From NCBI GenBank assembly GCA_017656135.1, contig JACDOJ010000006.1, positions 6,776 through 70,775 on the forward strand: a stretch of 64,000 nucleotides of DNA, in the 5' to 3' direction. The notes under the pieces were generated by a model that saw nothing but the letters and a program-made list of their open reading frames with translations, did no database searches and was not told the origin of the DNA. Source of the DNA: Bacillota bacterium (GTDB lineage: Bacteria; Bacillota; UBA5301). Shown piece by piece: positions 8,882 through 19,316 of the stretch. A program made the translations under genes and the position numbers. How positions within the stretch are numbered: position 1 is the first letter of the stretch; each line of letters begins with the position of its first letter.

Positions 8882-10063
8882 CTAGCCCGTCATCCGCCGC
8901 ACAAATTCGGCTATCCTCCGGCACCCTTCAGCTATATCCTGCTCAGACGCGGCGTATGACAACCGCATATGGCCAGGAGCGCCAAAGGCCTCACCTGGAA
9001 CTGTAGCTACATAACTTTCACTCAAAAGCCTGCGGCAGAATTCCTGGGAGCTGGAGATGCCCTCTACTCCCCTGATATCAACAAAGAGGTAAAAGGCTCC
9101 CTGAGGCAGTGCTACTTTCAGACCGGGCACCTCTTTGAGCATGGAATACATCAACTCCCGACGCCGGGCAAAGGCCTGCCGCATTTGGGCCACTTCCGGA
9201 ACCTCGTGAGTCAGAGCGGCTAATGCAGCGTACTGGGCTACGGAGGTGGCATTGGAGGTGGAGTGGCTCTGCAAAGTCACCATGGCTTTGATCAAAACCT
9301 CGGGGCCTACCGCCCAACCCAGACGCCACCCAGTCATACTGTAGCTCTTGGAGACACCGCTGATCACCACAGTGCGCTCCCGGGCACCGGAAAGCGCCGC
9401 CGTACAAGTATGCTCACCCTGGTAGACCAAGTCCTCATAGATCTCATCTGAGATTATGAGGAGGTTGTGTTCTGCAGCCAGTGTCACCAGCTCCTCCAGG
9501 AACTTGCGGGGATAGACAGCACCAGTGGGGTTATTTGGTGAGTTGATCAGGATGGCCTTGGTCTGGTGGGAGAGGACGGTTTTGATTCTCTCTAAGTCTG
9601 GCACAAAGCCATCATCCAGTTCAGTAGAAACAATTATCGGCCGCCCCCCGGCCAGTTTGATCATCTCAGGGTAGCTCACCCAGTAGGGGCTCATCATTAC
9701 CACTTCGTCCCCAGACTCCAGAATGGTCTGAAAAAGATTATATAGGGCCTGCTTGCCGCCGACGGTGATGACAGTCTCACCAGGCTCATAAGTTACCCCG
9801 TAGCGTTCCCGGTACCTTTCGGCCACCGCCTCTCTCAGCTCTGGAATCCCTGGGGTTGCAGTGTACTTGGTCTTTCCTTGCTTTAAAGCCTCCACTGCCG
9901 CCGCAGTCACCGCCGGTGGGGTCGAGAAATCCGGCTCACCGGTGGCGAAACTAAGCACCGGCTTCCCCTGCCTGAGGTACTCCTTAGCCAGGGCGTTGAT
10001 CTCCAATGTCGCCGAGGGGGTTATTTGCATCACCCGCTGGGACAGAAAGTTAGTGTAGTCCAT
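8882..10063 (-). CDS. PLP-dependent aminotransferase class I/II (AspC-like)
   Basis: GEPDF, GGKQAL, NSPNNPTG, SDEIY, SKSYSMTGWRLG, GAFY. Confidence 0.92.
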   Translation of the reverse strand: MDYTNFLSQRVMQITPSATLEINALAKEYLRQGKPVLSFATGEPDFSTPPAVTAAAVEALKQGKTKYTATPGIPELREAVAERYRERYGVTYEPGETVITVGGKQALYNLFQTILESGDEVVMMSPYWVSYPEMIKLAGGRPIIVSTELDDGFVPDLERIKTVLSHQTKAILINSPNNPTGAVYPRKFLEELVTLAAEHNLLIISDEIYEDLVYQGEHTCTAALSGARERTVVISGVSKSYSMTGWRLGWAVGPEVLIKAMVTLQSHSTSNATSVAQYAALAALTHEVPEVAQMRQAFARRRELMYSMLKEVPGLKVALPQGAFYLFVDIRGVEGISSSQEFCRRLLSESYVATVPGEAFGAPGHMRLSYAASEQDIAEGCRRIAEFVRRMTG

Positions 10064-10081
10064 ACTCACTCCTCCAACTGG

Positions 10082-10768
10082 TTATTTTTCCACACCCGGT
10101 TCCCCTTCTCCTCCAGTGGGGAAGCAGCAGATTGCCGCCAAGGGGCAGTCCCCGCACTTAGGGTTCTTGGCCTTACAGTACCTGTTACCAACCCCGTCTA
10201 TCAGGGCGTGAAACTCGTTGTAGAGTGCCACATCCTCCGGAAGCCGGTCCATGAAGTAGGCCCTAAGCTCCTCATAATCGATATCCTCTGGATGAACCCC
10301 CAGGCGGGCCCAGATCCGCTTGGTGTAGGCATCCACCACGAAGGTAGGTTTCTCCCCAGCATAAAGGAGAATGCTGTCCACCGTCTCCGGTCCCAGCCCC
10401 CAGACTCCCAACAGCTCTTCCCGCAGCTTGGGCCAGGGTTTGGCAAACATCTTGGCCAAGTCGCCGTCGTATTCTTCCACTAGGTGCCGGCAGAAGGCCT
10501 TCAGTTTTTTGGTTTTCATCCGGTAATAGCGAGTGGGGCGCACCGCTTCCTCGATTTGTTCATCCGGCGCCGCAAGCAGAGCCAACGGATCCAGCAAACC
10601 CTGTCCTTTCAGGTTCGCTATGGCCTTTTCCACGTTTCGCCAGGCCACCGATTGGGTGAGAATGGCCCCTACCACCACTTCGAAGGAAGTTTCTCCCGGC
10701 CACCAGTTCCGGGGCCCAAAGTGCTGGTAGAGCATACGGTAGACCTGGAGCAAGCCCTCTTTGTCCAC
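10082..10768 (-). CDS. Endonuclease III-related HhH-GPD protein with 4Fe-4S loop
   Basis: WWP, GAILTQ, LLGVWGLGPETVDSILLY, VVDAY, C.....P.C..CPL...C. GTG start after GGAGGT. Confidence 0.88.
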   Translation of the reverse strand: MDKEGLLQVYRMLYQHFGPRNWWPGETSFEVVVGAILTQSVAWRNVEKAIANLKGQGLLDPLALLAAPDEQIEEAVRPTRYYRMKTKKLKAFCRHLVEEYDGDLAKMFAKPWPKLREELLGVWGLGPETVDSILLYAGEKPTFVVDAYTKRIWARLGVHPEDIDYEELRAYFMDRLPEDVALYNEFHALIDGVGNRYCKAKNPKCGDCPLAAICCFPTGGEGEPGVEK

Positions 10769-10781
10769 TGTACCTACCTCC

Positions 10782-10811
10782 AAAAAAAGGCACCCCGTTA
10801 TTCGGAGTGCC
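10782..10811 (-). terminator. Intrinsic terminator
   Basis: Minus strand GGCACTCCG-AATAA-CGGGGTGCC followed by T7. Confidence 0.8.
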
Positions 10812-10838
10812 TAACTTCACCTTATCTTTTATTATACC

Positions 10839-12446
10839 CTAATCGGCCAATTCCTCTTCAGCCCTGGGGACCGAGGAGAGGATCTCGTCAACCTCCAGCG
10901 CGTCCAGTTCGGTTACAAAGGGGATGCCGGTGAGCTCAGCTGCCTCCCTGGTGAGGGATGCCAGGTCACCGCGGTCGATATACTTCAAGGCGAACTTCCT
11001 GGCACCGCACATCAGCTGTTTGAGGCCCTGGGCAATCCGAGAGTAGTAGGTATAGACCGCAATTGCTCCAGCCGGGATATACTTGAAGTCGGAACCGTAC
11101 TTGGCTTTCAACTCAGTGGCTCCGGCAAAGAGGTTCTCGTAGTCGGAACCGTATTTAGCCAAATCCCGGGGAAGCTTACCCTCAGCAGCCAGTTTGCCCA
11201 CGGTCTTGCCGACCATAGCGGCAGCCAACGGGCCCCGACCCATGCCTACAGCCTTAGTGTAGGGCGCGCTTAAAGCCAAACCCTTGAAGACGGCATCCTC
11301 GAGGGTGAAACCGCCGGCAATGGCCACATCAGGCACATAGGCACCGGCTTTCTCGATCCGCTGGAGATACTCGTAGAGGAGGCTCTGGAGGTAAACGGTT
11401 GGTACGCCCCACTCGTTCATCATCCGCCACGGGCTCATCCCGGTACCGCCGCCGGCTCCGTCTACCGTCAAAAGGTCGATCCTGGCCTGGGAGGCGAACT
11501 TAACGGCCCTGGCCAGGTCAGCCGGACGATAGGCTCCGGTTTTGAGGAAGACATGTTTGGCACCTAAGGAGCGCAGCTCCTCAACCCGGCGCATGAAGTC
11601 TTCTTCATCGACCATGCCCACCCGGGAGTGCCGCTCAAACTCGGTGAAAACCCCAGCTTTGAAGGCAGCCTGAATCTTGGGGTCTTCCGGATCCGGAAGA
11701 ACGACATAACCCCGAGACTTGAGCATCAAAGCCTTCTCCAGGTTGTCGATTTTAACCTCGCCGCCGATGTCTTTGGCCCCTTGCCCCCACTTGAGCTCAA
11801 CAGTGTCCACACCCAGCTCACTTATGGCATACTCCAAGGTGCCCAGCCTAGTGTCTTCCACGTTGGCCTGAACAACTATGGTTCCGTAGCCGTCGTACCA
11901 GTCTTGGAAGAGCTTAACCCTTTCAGCCAGGTCCGGAGCCTTGACTACCCGGCCGTTTTTGAATTCGCTCTTGGGATCCATGCCCACTACGTTCTCGCCG
12001 ATCACCAGCATGCTGCCGCTGATGGCACTGCCGATGGCAAGACCATCCCAGTTGATCTTAGCTACATTAGTGGACCCTAGGCCGGGAATGAACCAGGGTA
12101 CTTTGAGCTTAATTTTGTCTTTGTATCCAAATTCGGTTTCAATATTGACGTTAGGAAAGATGGCTTTATCGCTGTCAGATTCGATGCCATGGGCACCTAC
12201 TGCAGTACCCATGATGTTGAAGTGGGAATAATCAATAGGGTAGTCTTTCTCTGAGGCAGCGGTCATGGTTCCGTAGGGGGCGGGGTAGATCACTTCACTT
12301 CCCCTGAGAGCCGATTTGCCGACTTCACAAAGCCCGGTACACCCTTCGATACAGGTGGCGCACATACCGCTGAAAGGGCTGACACTGCCCGCCGTTCTGT
12401 TTTTCGTAAAGGTTGCCGCGGTAGCATTAGTCTTACTATAACTCAT
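10839..12446 (-). CDS. FMN-binding glutamate synthase family protein (stand-alone)
   Basis: N-terminal CxxCxxxCxxxC, ELKWGQGAK.IGGE, LKTG, DGAGGGTG, IAGG. Confidence 0.85.
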   Translation of the reverse strand: MSYSKTNATAATFTKNRTAGSVSPFSGMCATCIEGCTGLCEVGKSALRGSEVIYPAPYGTMTAASEKDYPIDYSHFNIMGTAVGAHGIESDSDKAIFPNVNIETEFGYKDKIKLKVPWFIPGLGSTNVAKINWDGLAIGSAISGSMLVIGENVVGMDPKSEFKNGRVVKAPDLAERVKLFQDWYDGYGTIVVQANVEDTRLGTLEYAISELGVDTVELKWGQGAKDIGGEVKIDNLEKALMLKSRGYVVLPDPEDPKIQAAFKAGVFTEFERHSRVGMVDEEDFMRRVEELRSLGAKHVFLKTGAYRPADLARAVKFASQARIDLLTVDGAGGGTGMSPWRMMNEWGVPTVYLQSLLYEYLQRIEKAGAYVPDVAIAGGFTLEDAVFKGLALSAPYTKAVGMGRGPLAAAMVGKTVGKLAAEGKLPRDLAKYGSDYENLFAGATELKAKYGSDFKYIPAGAIAVYTYYSRIAQGLKQLMCGARKFALKYIDRGDLASLTREAAELTGIPFVTELDALEVDEILSSVPRAEEELAD

Positions 12447-12503
12447 CTTGGTTCTCCTCCCGTTTTCGTACCCATCCCAGATACTACTTTAGCATTTTGG
12501 ATA

Positions 12504-12532
12504 ATTTTAAATTAATTACCTCTTTCTGTCAA
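12504..12532 (-). promoter_or_regulatory. SigA-type promoter of the glutamate synthase family gene
   Basis: TTGACA-17 nt-TAAAAT on the minus strand. Confidence 0.75.
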
Positions 12533-12576
12533 CAAGAGGAGGGCAAGTATCCTGTATGCACGAACGTCTATTCCTG

Positions 12577-13008
12577 TTAAAGTCGGTAAAGTTTCTCGGC
12601 GGGAATCACGTTGATCCCCTGCTGGCTGAGAATGGCACGAGCGCGAGAGGGCTCGGAAACCCTGAAGATGACCAGAGCGTCATCGGAGGCCTTCTCCACA
12701 AAGGCGTACATATATTCCACATTAACCCCATCGGCCTCCAAGACCTCCAAGACCTGGGCCAAGCCGCCGGGCTCATCGGGCACTTCCACCGCCAAGACCT
12801 CAGTCTCACTGGCAGAGAAACCCTTTTCCAGCAACACCTCAACAGCCCGGCCGGGGTCATCCACAATCAGGCGCAAGATCCCGTAATCGCTGGTATCAGC
12901 GACAGACAGCGCTCTGATGTTGATACCCGCCTTTCCCAGTATCCTGCTGACCTCAGCGAGTCTCCCCGCTTTGTTCTCTAAAAAGACCGAAACCTGCTGT
13001 ACGCTCAT
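12577..13008 (-). CDS. Tandem ACT domain protein
   Basis: QVSVFLENKAGRL, INIRAL, DEPGGL, NVEYMYAF; typical paaK neighbour. Confidence 0.88.
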   Translation of the reverse strand: MSVQQVSVFLENKAGRLAEVSRILGKAGINIRALSVADTSDYGILRLIVDDPGRAVEVLLEKGFSASETEVLAVEVPDEPGGLAQVLEVLEADGVNVEYMYAFVEKASDDALVIFRVSEPSRARAILSQQGINVIPAEKLYRL

Positions 13009-13009
13009 G

Positions 13010-14332
13010 CTACCCATCCTCCCTTTGGAGTTTGTACAGGCTACGCCTGTCTACCACCCGCTGAGCCTTGCCGGCACCTCTGGGTATTGTCTTCGGCTCC
13101 ACCAGCTTGACCTGGAGGCGTATTCCTAACGTACTCTGGATGGCGTGGTCGATCTTCTTGCTCAACTGCTCCAGGCGCCTGACCTCATCCAAGGAAATGT
13201 GAGCCGGCACCTCCACCCAGAGTTCCGCATCATCCAAGGCACCCTTGCGGTCCACCACCAGCTGATAGTGGGGCTCTACATCCTCCAGCCCCAAAAGGAC
13301 CGCTTCAATTTGGGATGGGAAGACATTGACGCCCCGGATAATCAGCATATCGTCAGTGCGGCCCATGACCTTGCTCATCCTCAAGAAAGGCAAGCCGCAC
13401 GAACACTTCTCCGCATTTAAAACAGTGATATCTCCTGTTCGGTAGCGAAGCAGGGGCAAGGCCTCTTTGGTCACTGTGGTGATCACCAGTTCCCCGACCT
13501 CTCCCAGTGGGAGCTGCTCACCGGTGGCGGGGTCGATGATCTCCGGAATGAAATGGTCTTCATAGAGGTGCAAGCCGTCTTGATTCGTACACTCACAGGC
13601 CACCCCCGGACCCATGATTTCGCTAAGGCCGTAAATATCAAAGGCTTTGATGGCCAGCCGTTCCTGGATCTCCTGGCGCATCTCCTCAGTCCAGGGCTCG
13701 GCACCGAAAATACCTACCCTGAGTTTAAGGTCTTTGGGATCAACCCCTAGTTTCTCCATGGTTTCGGCGATATACAGGGCGTAGGAAGGGGTACAAGCCA
13801 AAACGGTGGTTTCAAAATCCTGCATCAATTGGATCTGGCGCTGGGTGTTGCCGCCGGAGATGGGGATCACTGAGGCTCCCAACTTTTCCGCACCGTAGTG
13901 CATCCCCAGGCCCCCGGTGAAGAGGCCGTAACCGTAGGCGATCTGAATGACATCATCCTCGCCGACCCCGGCGTACTTTAGGGCCCTGGTCATCAGCTCA
14001 GACCAGGTTTCAATATCCTGCCTGGAGTAGCCGACCACAGTCGGCCGACCGGTGGTTCCAGAGGAAGCATGGATCCGGACCACCTTCTTCATATCCACGG
14101 CAAAGAGCCCAAAGGGGTAACTGTCTCTGAGATCTGATTTGCGGGTGAACGGGAGTTTGGGGAGATCGTGGATGCTGCGGATGTCTTCCGGCGAGACCCC
14201 GGCAGCATCCATGGCCTTTCGGTAAAAAGGGACCTTCTGGTAGACCCGGGCTACTGTCCTGACCAGACGTTGGCTCTGCAGGTGCTCCAGCTCCACCCTG
14301 CTGCCAACAAGATCGTAATTCACTCTGCTCAC
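13010..14332 (-). CDS. paaK: Phenylacetate-CoA ligase family
   Basis: [53 protein letters not shown]. Confidence 0.9.
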   Translation of the reverse strand: MSRVNYDLVGSRVELEHLQSQRLVRTVARVYQKVPFYRKAMDAAGVSPEDIRSIHDLPKLPFTRKSDLRDSYPFGLFAVDMKKVVRIHASSGTTGRPTVVGYSRQDIETWSELMTRALKYAGVGEDDVIQIAYGYGLFTGGLGMHYGAEKLGASVIPISGGNTQRQIQLMQDFETTVLACTPSYALYIAETMEKLGVDPKDLKLRVGIFGAEPWTEEMRQEIQERLAIKAFDIYGLSEIMGPGVACECTNQDGLHLYEDHFIPEIIDPATGEQLPLGEVGELVITTVTKEALPLLRYRTGDITVLNAEKCSCGLPFLRMSKVMGRTDDMLIIRGVNVFPSQIEAVLLGLEDVEPHYQLVVDRKGALDDAELWVEVPAHISLDEVRRLEQLSKKIDHAIQSTLGIRLQVKLVEPKTIPRGAGKAQRVVDRRSLYKLQREDG

Positions 14333-14358
14333 TCCTCTGCTACGTCTAGCCTCACAGG

Positions 14359-15063
14359 CTACAGGCGTTCTACGAACTCCAACAAGTCCCGGAGGCTCCC
14401 TTGGTAATCAGGAACGAAATCCACATTCTTCCTGGTGATGACGTAGTCTTCCACCAAGAAGGTCTTCATTCCTAGCTTGGAGGCGACTAAATCCTCCAAG
14501 GGGTCGTTTCCGGCCATGAGACATTCTTTTGGATCCAAGCCGGTCATCTCCAAGATCTCCTGGTAGTAGCCTATCTGCGGCTTGCAGAAGTGCATAATCT
14601 CATAGGTAGTTACCAGGTCAAAGGGGTAATCCTCCACCCCGATCCAACGGAGACGCTCCTGAATCGCCTCAGTGGGGAAAACCGGGTTAGTGGCCACTAC
14701 CACCCGGAGACCCTTCTCGGCCGCAGTCTCTACAATCTGTTTGCTGAGCGGGGTGGGTGAGGTGTATTTAACCAGTTTGGGGAATTGGTTGGCATAAAAA
14801 TCGTCCAAAACAGGCATGAGCTGCTCCTCGGGCACATTCACTCTTTTCAGAAAGTCATCCCAGAAGACCTCTTTGTTGGTTCGGGTCTTATCGGTATTCT
14901 TCACCATGACCTCAGTGGAGGCCATCAGGGAGTCCACAAACTCTTTAGGGTCAGTGAGGTGGGCCACATGGGCAGCGATGGACTTTAAGTAGTGGCGGAG
15001 AAAACCATCGGTGTCCAGAGGCAGTAAGGTACCGTCTAAGTCCAAAAGTAACGCTTTGATCAA
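14359..15063 (-). CDS. HAD family hydrolase
   Basis: DLDGTL, ATNP, KP and GND motifs. TTG start after GAGGAGG. Confidence 0.85.
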   Translation of the reverse strand: MIKALLLDLDGTLLPLDTDGFLRHYLKSIAAHVAHLTDPKEFVDSLMASTEVMVKNTDKTRTNKEVFWDDFLKRVNVPEEQLMPVLDDFYANQFPKLVKYTSPTPLSKQIVETAAEKGLRVVVATNPVFPTEAIQERLRWIGVEDYPFDLVTTYEIMHFCKPQIGYYQEILEMTGLDPKECLMAGNDPLEDLVASKLGMKTFLVEDYVITRKNVDFVPDYQGSLRDLLEFVERL

Positions 15064-15074
15064 AATTATCCTCC

Positions 15075-16082
15075 TCACAGCCGGCTGATTACTTCTTCAG
15101 TGTATTCAGTGGTGGTGGCGGTGCCACCCAAGTCCGGGGTTAAGATCTTCCCTTCGGCGATGGTCTTTTGCACGGCCTCTCTCACCCGGCCGGCCTCAGT
15201 CTGAAAGCCTAAGTGCTCCAGCATCAACGCTGCCGTCAAAATCAAGGCTGTAGGGTTGGCGGTGTTTGTCCCGGCGATCTGAGGAGCGCTGCCGTGCACA
15301 GCTTCAAAGACGGCCACTTCGGCCCCGATGTTGGCTCCTGGGGCCACCCCTAACCCGCCGACCAGCCCAGCACAGAGGTCAGAGACGATATCTCCGAAGA
15401 GGTTTGGCAGGACCAGGACATCAAATTCACTGGGGTTAAGGACCAGCCGCATGCATAAGGCATCGACAATGACTTCATCGTACTCGATCTCCGGATACTC
15501 AGCGGCCACCTCCCGAACCGCCTCCAGGAAAAGACCGTCCCCTAGTTTGAGGATATTAGCCTTGTGCCCGGCGGTTACCTTGCGGCGCCCGTTTTCCCGG
15601 GCATACTGGAAGGCTTTTTGGGCGATCCTCCTGCTGGCTTTCCGGGTGATGATCCGGATGCTCTCGGCGGCATCCTCCCCCACCATGTGCTCGATGCCGG
15701 CATAGAGCCCCTCAGTGTTCTCCCGAAAAATCACCAGGTCCACGTCACTGTAGCGTGAGGGGAAGCCCGGTATACTCTTGGCCGGTCGAACATTGGCGTA
15801 AAGATCCAGGGCCTTGCGAATACCTACGTTGACACTGCGAAACCCGGTGCCCACCGGTGTCGTCACCGGGCCCTTTAAAGCCACCTTGTTTTTTTTGATA
15901 GAGCGAAGGGTTTCCTCAGGCAGGGGTGTTCCGGTTTTTTCTAAAGCCGCTGTCCCGGCTATGGCCTCTTCCCATTTGATGTCCAGGTTCAAGGCGTCAA
16001 CCACCCGAGTGGCGGCGGCAGTGACCTCTGGGCCAATGCCATCACCGGGGATTAAAGTAATCGTCACAGGCTCTTGTTTCAT
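15075..16082 (-). CDS. Isocitrate/isopropylmalate dehydrogenase family (likely NAD-dependent isocitrate dehydrogenase)
   Basis: [14 protein letters not shown]...[38 protein letters not shown]. Confidence 0.88.
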   Translation of the reverse strand: MKQEPVTITLIPGDGIGPEVTAAATRVVDALNLDIKWEEAIAGTAALEKTGTPLPEETLRSIKKNKVALKGPVTTPVGTGFRSVNVGIRKALDLYANVRPAKSIPGFPSRYSDVDLVIFRENTEGLYAGIEHMVGEDAAESIRIITRKASRRIAQKAFQYARENGRRKVTAGHKANILKLGDGLFLEAVREVAAEYPEIEYDEVIVDALCMRLVLNPSEFDVLVLPNLFGDIVSDLCAGLVGGLGVAPGANIGAEVAVFEAVHGSAPQIAGTNTANPTALILTAALMLEHLGFQTEAGRVREAVQKTIAEGKILTPDLGGTATTTEYTEEVISRL

Positions 16083-16083
16083 C

Positions 16084-16587
16084 TTAATCCTCCAATGCGA
16101 AACCTTTATTCTTCTTGATATGGTTGGCCAAGCCGCCGTCATTGAGGATTTTGATCATCACCGACGGCAGGGGTTTGGCGGTGATCTCCTCGTCCCGGGT
16201 GATATTGACCACTTTTCCCTTAGATAGGTCTACCTCCAGCTCATCCCCGTCCTCGATCCGGGAGGTATCCACTTCAACCACGGGAAGCCCGGTGTTGATG
16301 GCGTTGCGGTAAAAAATCCGGGCGAAAGAAGAAGCCAATACGGCGGCGATATCGGCGTACTTGATGGCCAAGGGAGCCTGTTCCCGGCTGGAACCGCAGC
16401 CGAAGTTACGCCCGGCCACAATGAAATCACCGGGCCGAACCTTGTTGTAAAAATCAGGGTCCAGATCCTCCATCACGTGCATGGCCAGCTCTTTCATATC
16501 CAAGGTCTTGAATTTGTATTTACCTGAGATGATGTAGTCGGTGTTGACATCATCACCGAAACGGTGGGCTCTGCCCCGTAGAATCAT
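16084..16587 (-). CDS. LeuD/HacB-type aconitase-family small subunit
   Basis: [30 protein letters not shown]. Confidence 0.9.
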   Translation of the reverse strand: MILRGRAHRFGDDVNTDYIISGKYKFKTLDMKELAMHVMEDLDPDFYNKVRPGDFIVAGRNFGCGSSREQAPLAIKYADIAAVLASSFARIFYRNAINTGLPVVEVDTSRIEDGDELEVDLSKGKVVNITRDEEITAKPLPSVMIKILNDGGLANHIKKNKGFALED

Positions 16588-16601
16588 TTTTGAGCACCTC
16601 G

Positions 16602-17861
16602 CTATCTAGTAATATAGGGCCTGGGATCGGTAATTTCGCCGGCCAGAGCGGATGCCGCCACAGTAGCCGGAGAAGCCAGGTAAATGTAGGCGTTGCTGTT
16701 GCCCATCCGACCCTTGAAGTTGCGGTTAGCAGTGGAAATAACGTTTTCCCCGTCAGAGGGCACACCGTTGTGGGTTCCCACACAGGGCCCGCAGCCAGGA
16801 GTGACCACGGCAGCACCGGCCTCGACCAGAGCAGATATGGTGCCGTCAGCCATGGCCTCAAGGAAAACCCGCCGGGAGGCCGGGGCCACAATCAGGCGGA
16901 CCTCAGGGTGAACCTTGCGACCTTTAAGAATGCTGGCGGCAATCCGCAGGTCTTCCAGGCGGCCGTTGGTGCAGGTACCGATGACGGCCTGCTGAATTGG
17001 GGTGCCCGCCACTTCCGAAATAGGAGAGACATTGTCCACGGTGTGGGGCTTGGCTACCTGTGGCTCTAATTCGGAAACATCGTACTCCAAAACCTTTTCG
17101 TACACAGCATCCGGATCCGGGTAGACCGGGTTCCACTTGGTGTACCCGTGGGCCACCAGCCACTCTCTGAGCTTCTCATCAGGCTCCATCAACCCGGCCT
17201 TGGCCCCCATTTCGATGGCCATATTGGCGATAGTCATTCTGGCGTCAATGCTCAAAGCCGAGATGGCCTCTCCGGCGTATTCAGCGGCTTTATAGGTGGC
17301 CCCGTCGGCGGTGACCTGACCGATGAGGAAGAGAATCAGGTCCTTGGCGAAGGCACCGGCCGGCAGGATGCCCTTCAGCTCAAACCTGATGGTCGGTGGC
17401 ACCTTGAACCAGAGTTTGCCGGTAGCCATGGCTGCCGCCAGGTCTGTGGAACCGACGCCGGTGGAGAAGGCGTTCAAGGCTCCGTAGGTACAGGTGTGAG
17501 AGTCGGCCCCCACCACCAAGTCACCGGTCCCTACGTGGCCCCGTTCCGGCATGAGCTGATGACAGACGCCTTCACCGATATCATAGAGGGTAATCCCTTG
17601 TTCTTTCTTGAATTCCCGCATCAAATTATGCAGGGCTGAAACCCCTTCATTGGGGCTGGGAGCGCTGTGGTCGATGACCATGGCGATCTTGGTAGGATCG
17701 TAAACCCGCTCCACTTCCATCTCCCGAAAGGCCTTAATGGCCAGCGGGGAAGTGCCGTCTTGTCCCATAATTTGGTCCACTTCGGCCAGAACGATGTCAC
17801 CAGCGCTGGCATCCTGACCGCTGTGGGCGGAAAGAATCTTTTCAACTATTGTTTTGCCCAT
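16602..17861 (-). CDS. LeuC/HacA-type aconitase-family large subunit
   Basis: GVCHQ, DSHTCT.G, GTCTNGR, CGPCVG, STANRNF.GRMG. Confidence 0.9.
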   Translation of the reverse strand: MGKTIVEKILSAHSGQDASAGDIVLAEVDQIMGQDGTSPLAIKAFREMEVERVYDPTKIAMVIDHSAPSPNEGVSALHNLMREFKKEQGITLYDIGEGVCHQLMPERGHVGTGDLVVGADSHTCTYGALNAFSTGVGSTDLAAAMATGKLWFKVPPTIRFELKGILPAGAFAKDLILFLIGQVTADGATYKAAEYAGEAISALSIDARMTIANMAIEMGAKAGLMEPDEKLREWLVAHGYTKWNPVYPDPDAVYEKVLEYDVSELEPQVAKPHTVDNVSPISEVAGTPIQQAVIGTCTNGRLEDLRIAASILKGRKVHPEVRLIVAPASRRVFLEAMADGTISALVEAGAAVVTPGCGPCVGTHNGVPSDGENVISTANRNFKGRMGNSNAYIYLASPATVAASALAGEITDPRPYITR

Positions 17862-17890
17862 GTTAATGATCTCCCCTACTGTAGTCTTTG

Positions 17891-19147
17891 TTAAGGAGTT
17901 ACGGTTAGAAGCTGTCTAACCTCTTCCGGGTAGTTGGCGATGAGCCAGATCTCATCCGGCGTCAATTCCATCTGGTTGTGCTGCCAGGCGTACTGCACCA
18001 AGCGCAGGGTTTCCTTGGGATCATCCACTTCAATTCCGAGCTGATCCAAAACGTACATCAGGCCCTTGGTGCCTCCGTACTCACCGGTGGTGATCACCCG
18101 GCCGATCCTTTTGACTTCGATCTCACCGATACCCAATTCCTCTGGTCCGTAGAGCTCGTAGTTGTTACGGTCCTTGAGCATCCCGTCGGCGTGGATTCCG
18201 GACTCATGGGCGAAGGCATTGGCCCCGACCCCCACCTGATTGATGGCAATGGGCTGGCCGAAGGCATTGGCCACATAGTTGGCTATCTTCCAGGCCATCT
18301 TGAGGTTGACTTTGGGATCAAGGATCCCTGAGTCCTTCAGGCCCCGGGACTTGGTCAAGGCCAAAATTACTGAAACCAAGTCGGCGTTGCCGGCCCGCTC
18401 GCCCATGCCATTGACAGTGGTGTTGATGTAGGCGTCAACTCCGGCATCCACTGCACCCATGGCACCCTCCACGGAGTTAGCCACGGCGTAACCCAAGTCG
18501 TTATGACAGTGTAACTCAATCGGGAGCTGGACTGCTTTGGCCAAGCGATGGACGGAGTCGTAGATGGAAACAGTCCGGTCGTAACCGAGAGTATCGCAGT
18601 AGCGAATCCGATCGGCTCCGGCCTCTTTGGCGGCCAGAGCGAACTCAATGAGGTAATCCTCATCGTAGCGTTCATCGGTTCTGGAGGCGTCTTCGGCATT
18701 AACGCCCACCGTCTCGACCCCTTTTTCCTTGGCCAGGGCCACCGCCTCAGTCATCATTTTGATGACATCTGAGCGGGTCATCCGGCCGCCGAACTTGCCC
18801 TGGGTCATGATTTGTGAGGTCGAGATGGAAAGATTCAAGTGCTTGAGTCGGGTATACTTCAGGGCAATTTCCACATCCTCGGCTTTAGCCCGACACCAAC
18901 CGGAAAGAATTATCGGGGAAAGGAGGCCTTTCTCTTGCAAGCGGAGATTGGCTTCGATATAGTTCCTTTCGTGTTCAAGAGCCGGGAAGCCCATCTCACT
19001 CTGATGGATCCCCATTTGATTAAGGTAAATATTGACCATGGTTTTTTGTAGTTTGGATAAGCTGATGCGCGCGGTCTGAACCCCGTCCCGGTTTGTTACA
19101 TCCATGATGTAAATGCGGTTTTTACGGGGCTTTCCTTGATAACGCAA
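17891..19147 (-). CDS. Re-citrate synthase-like / homocitrate synthase family (DRE-TIM)
   Basis: DVTNRDGVQT, NAEDASR, HCHNDLG, GERAGNAD, HESGIHADG. Resembles the Dehalococcoides-type Re-citrate synthase as recalled. Start is either TTG 19147 or GTG ~19171. Confidence 0.8.
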   Translation of the reverse strand: MRYQGKPRKNRIYIMDVTNRDGVQTARISLSKLQKTMVNIYLNQMGIHQSEMGFPALEHERNYIEANLRLQEKGLLSPIILSGWCRAKAEDVEIALKYTRLKHLNLSISTSQIMTQGKFGGRMTRSDVIKMMTEAVALAKEKGVETVGVNAEDASRTDERYDEDYLIEFALAAKEAGADRIRYCDTLGYDRTVSIYDSVHRLAKAVQLPIELHCHNDLGYAVANSVEGAMGAVDAGVDAYINTTVNGMGERAGNADLVSVILALTKSRGLKDSGILDPKVNLKMAWKIANYVANAFGQPIAINQVGVGANAFAHESGIHADGMLKDRNNYELYGPEELGIGEIEVKRIGRVITTGEYGGTKGLMYVLDQLGIEVDDPKETLRLVQYAWQHNQMELTPDEIWLIANYPEEVRQLLTVTP

Positions 19148-19202
19148 CCCTTCGCTCCTTTTCTCCTCCACTGCTCCTCTCCTCCCACTAAATTTTAGAG
19201 AT

Positions 19203-19231
19203 ATACTACCATTAATGGCTGGTACTGTCAA
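19203..19231 (-). promoter_or_regulatory. SigA-type promoter with extended -10
   Basis: TTGACA-17 nt-TAGTAT with TGn extension; palindrome CCATTAATGG in the spacer. Confidence 0.7.
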
Positions 19232-19316
19232 TTATAGTAATAGTTAAGAGGGAGAACCCTGTCTCCCTCCGTAGGCTTTCTGAAACCTTTCTTTGTCTCG
19301 ATTGCTTCAACTCCAG

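Noticed and set aside
19150-19190. GAG/GGAG repeats before the citrate synthase as a TRAP site
   Set aside because: Too few and irregularly spaced; explained by two alternative RBS/start pairs.
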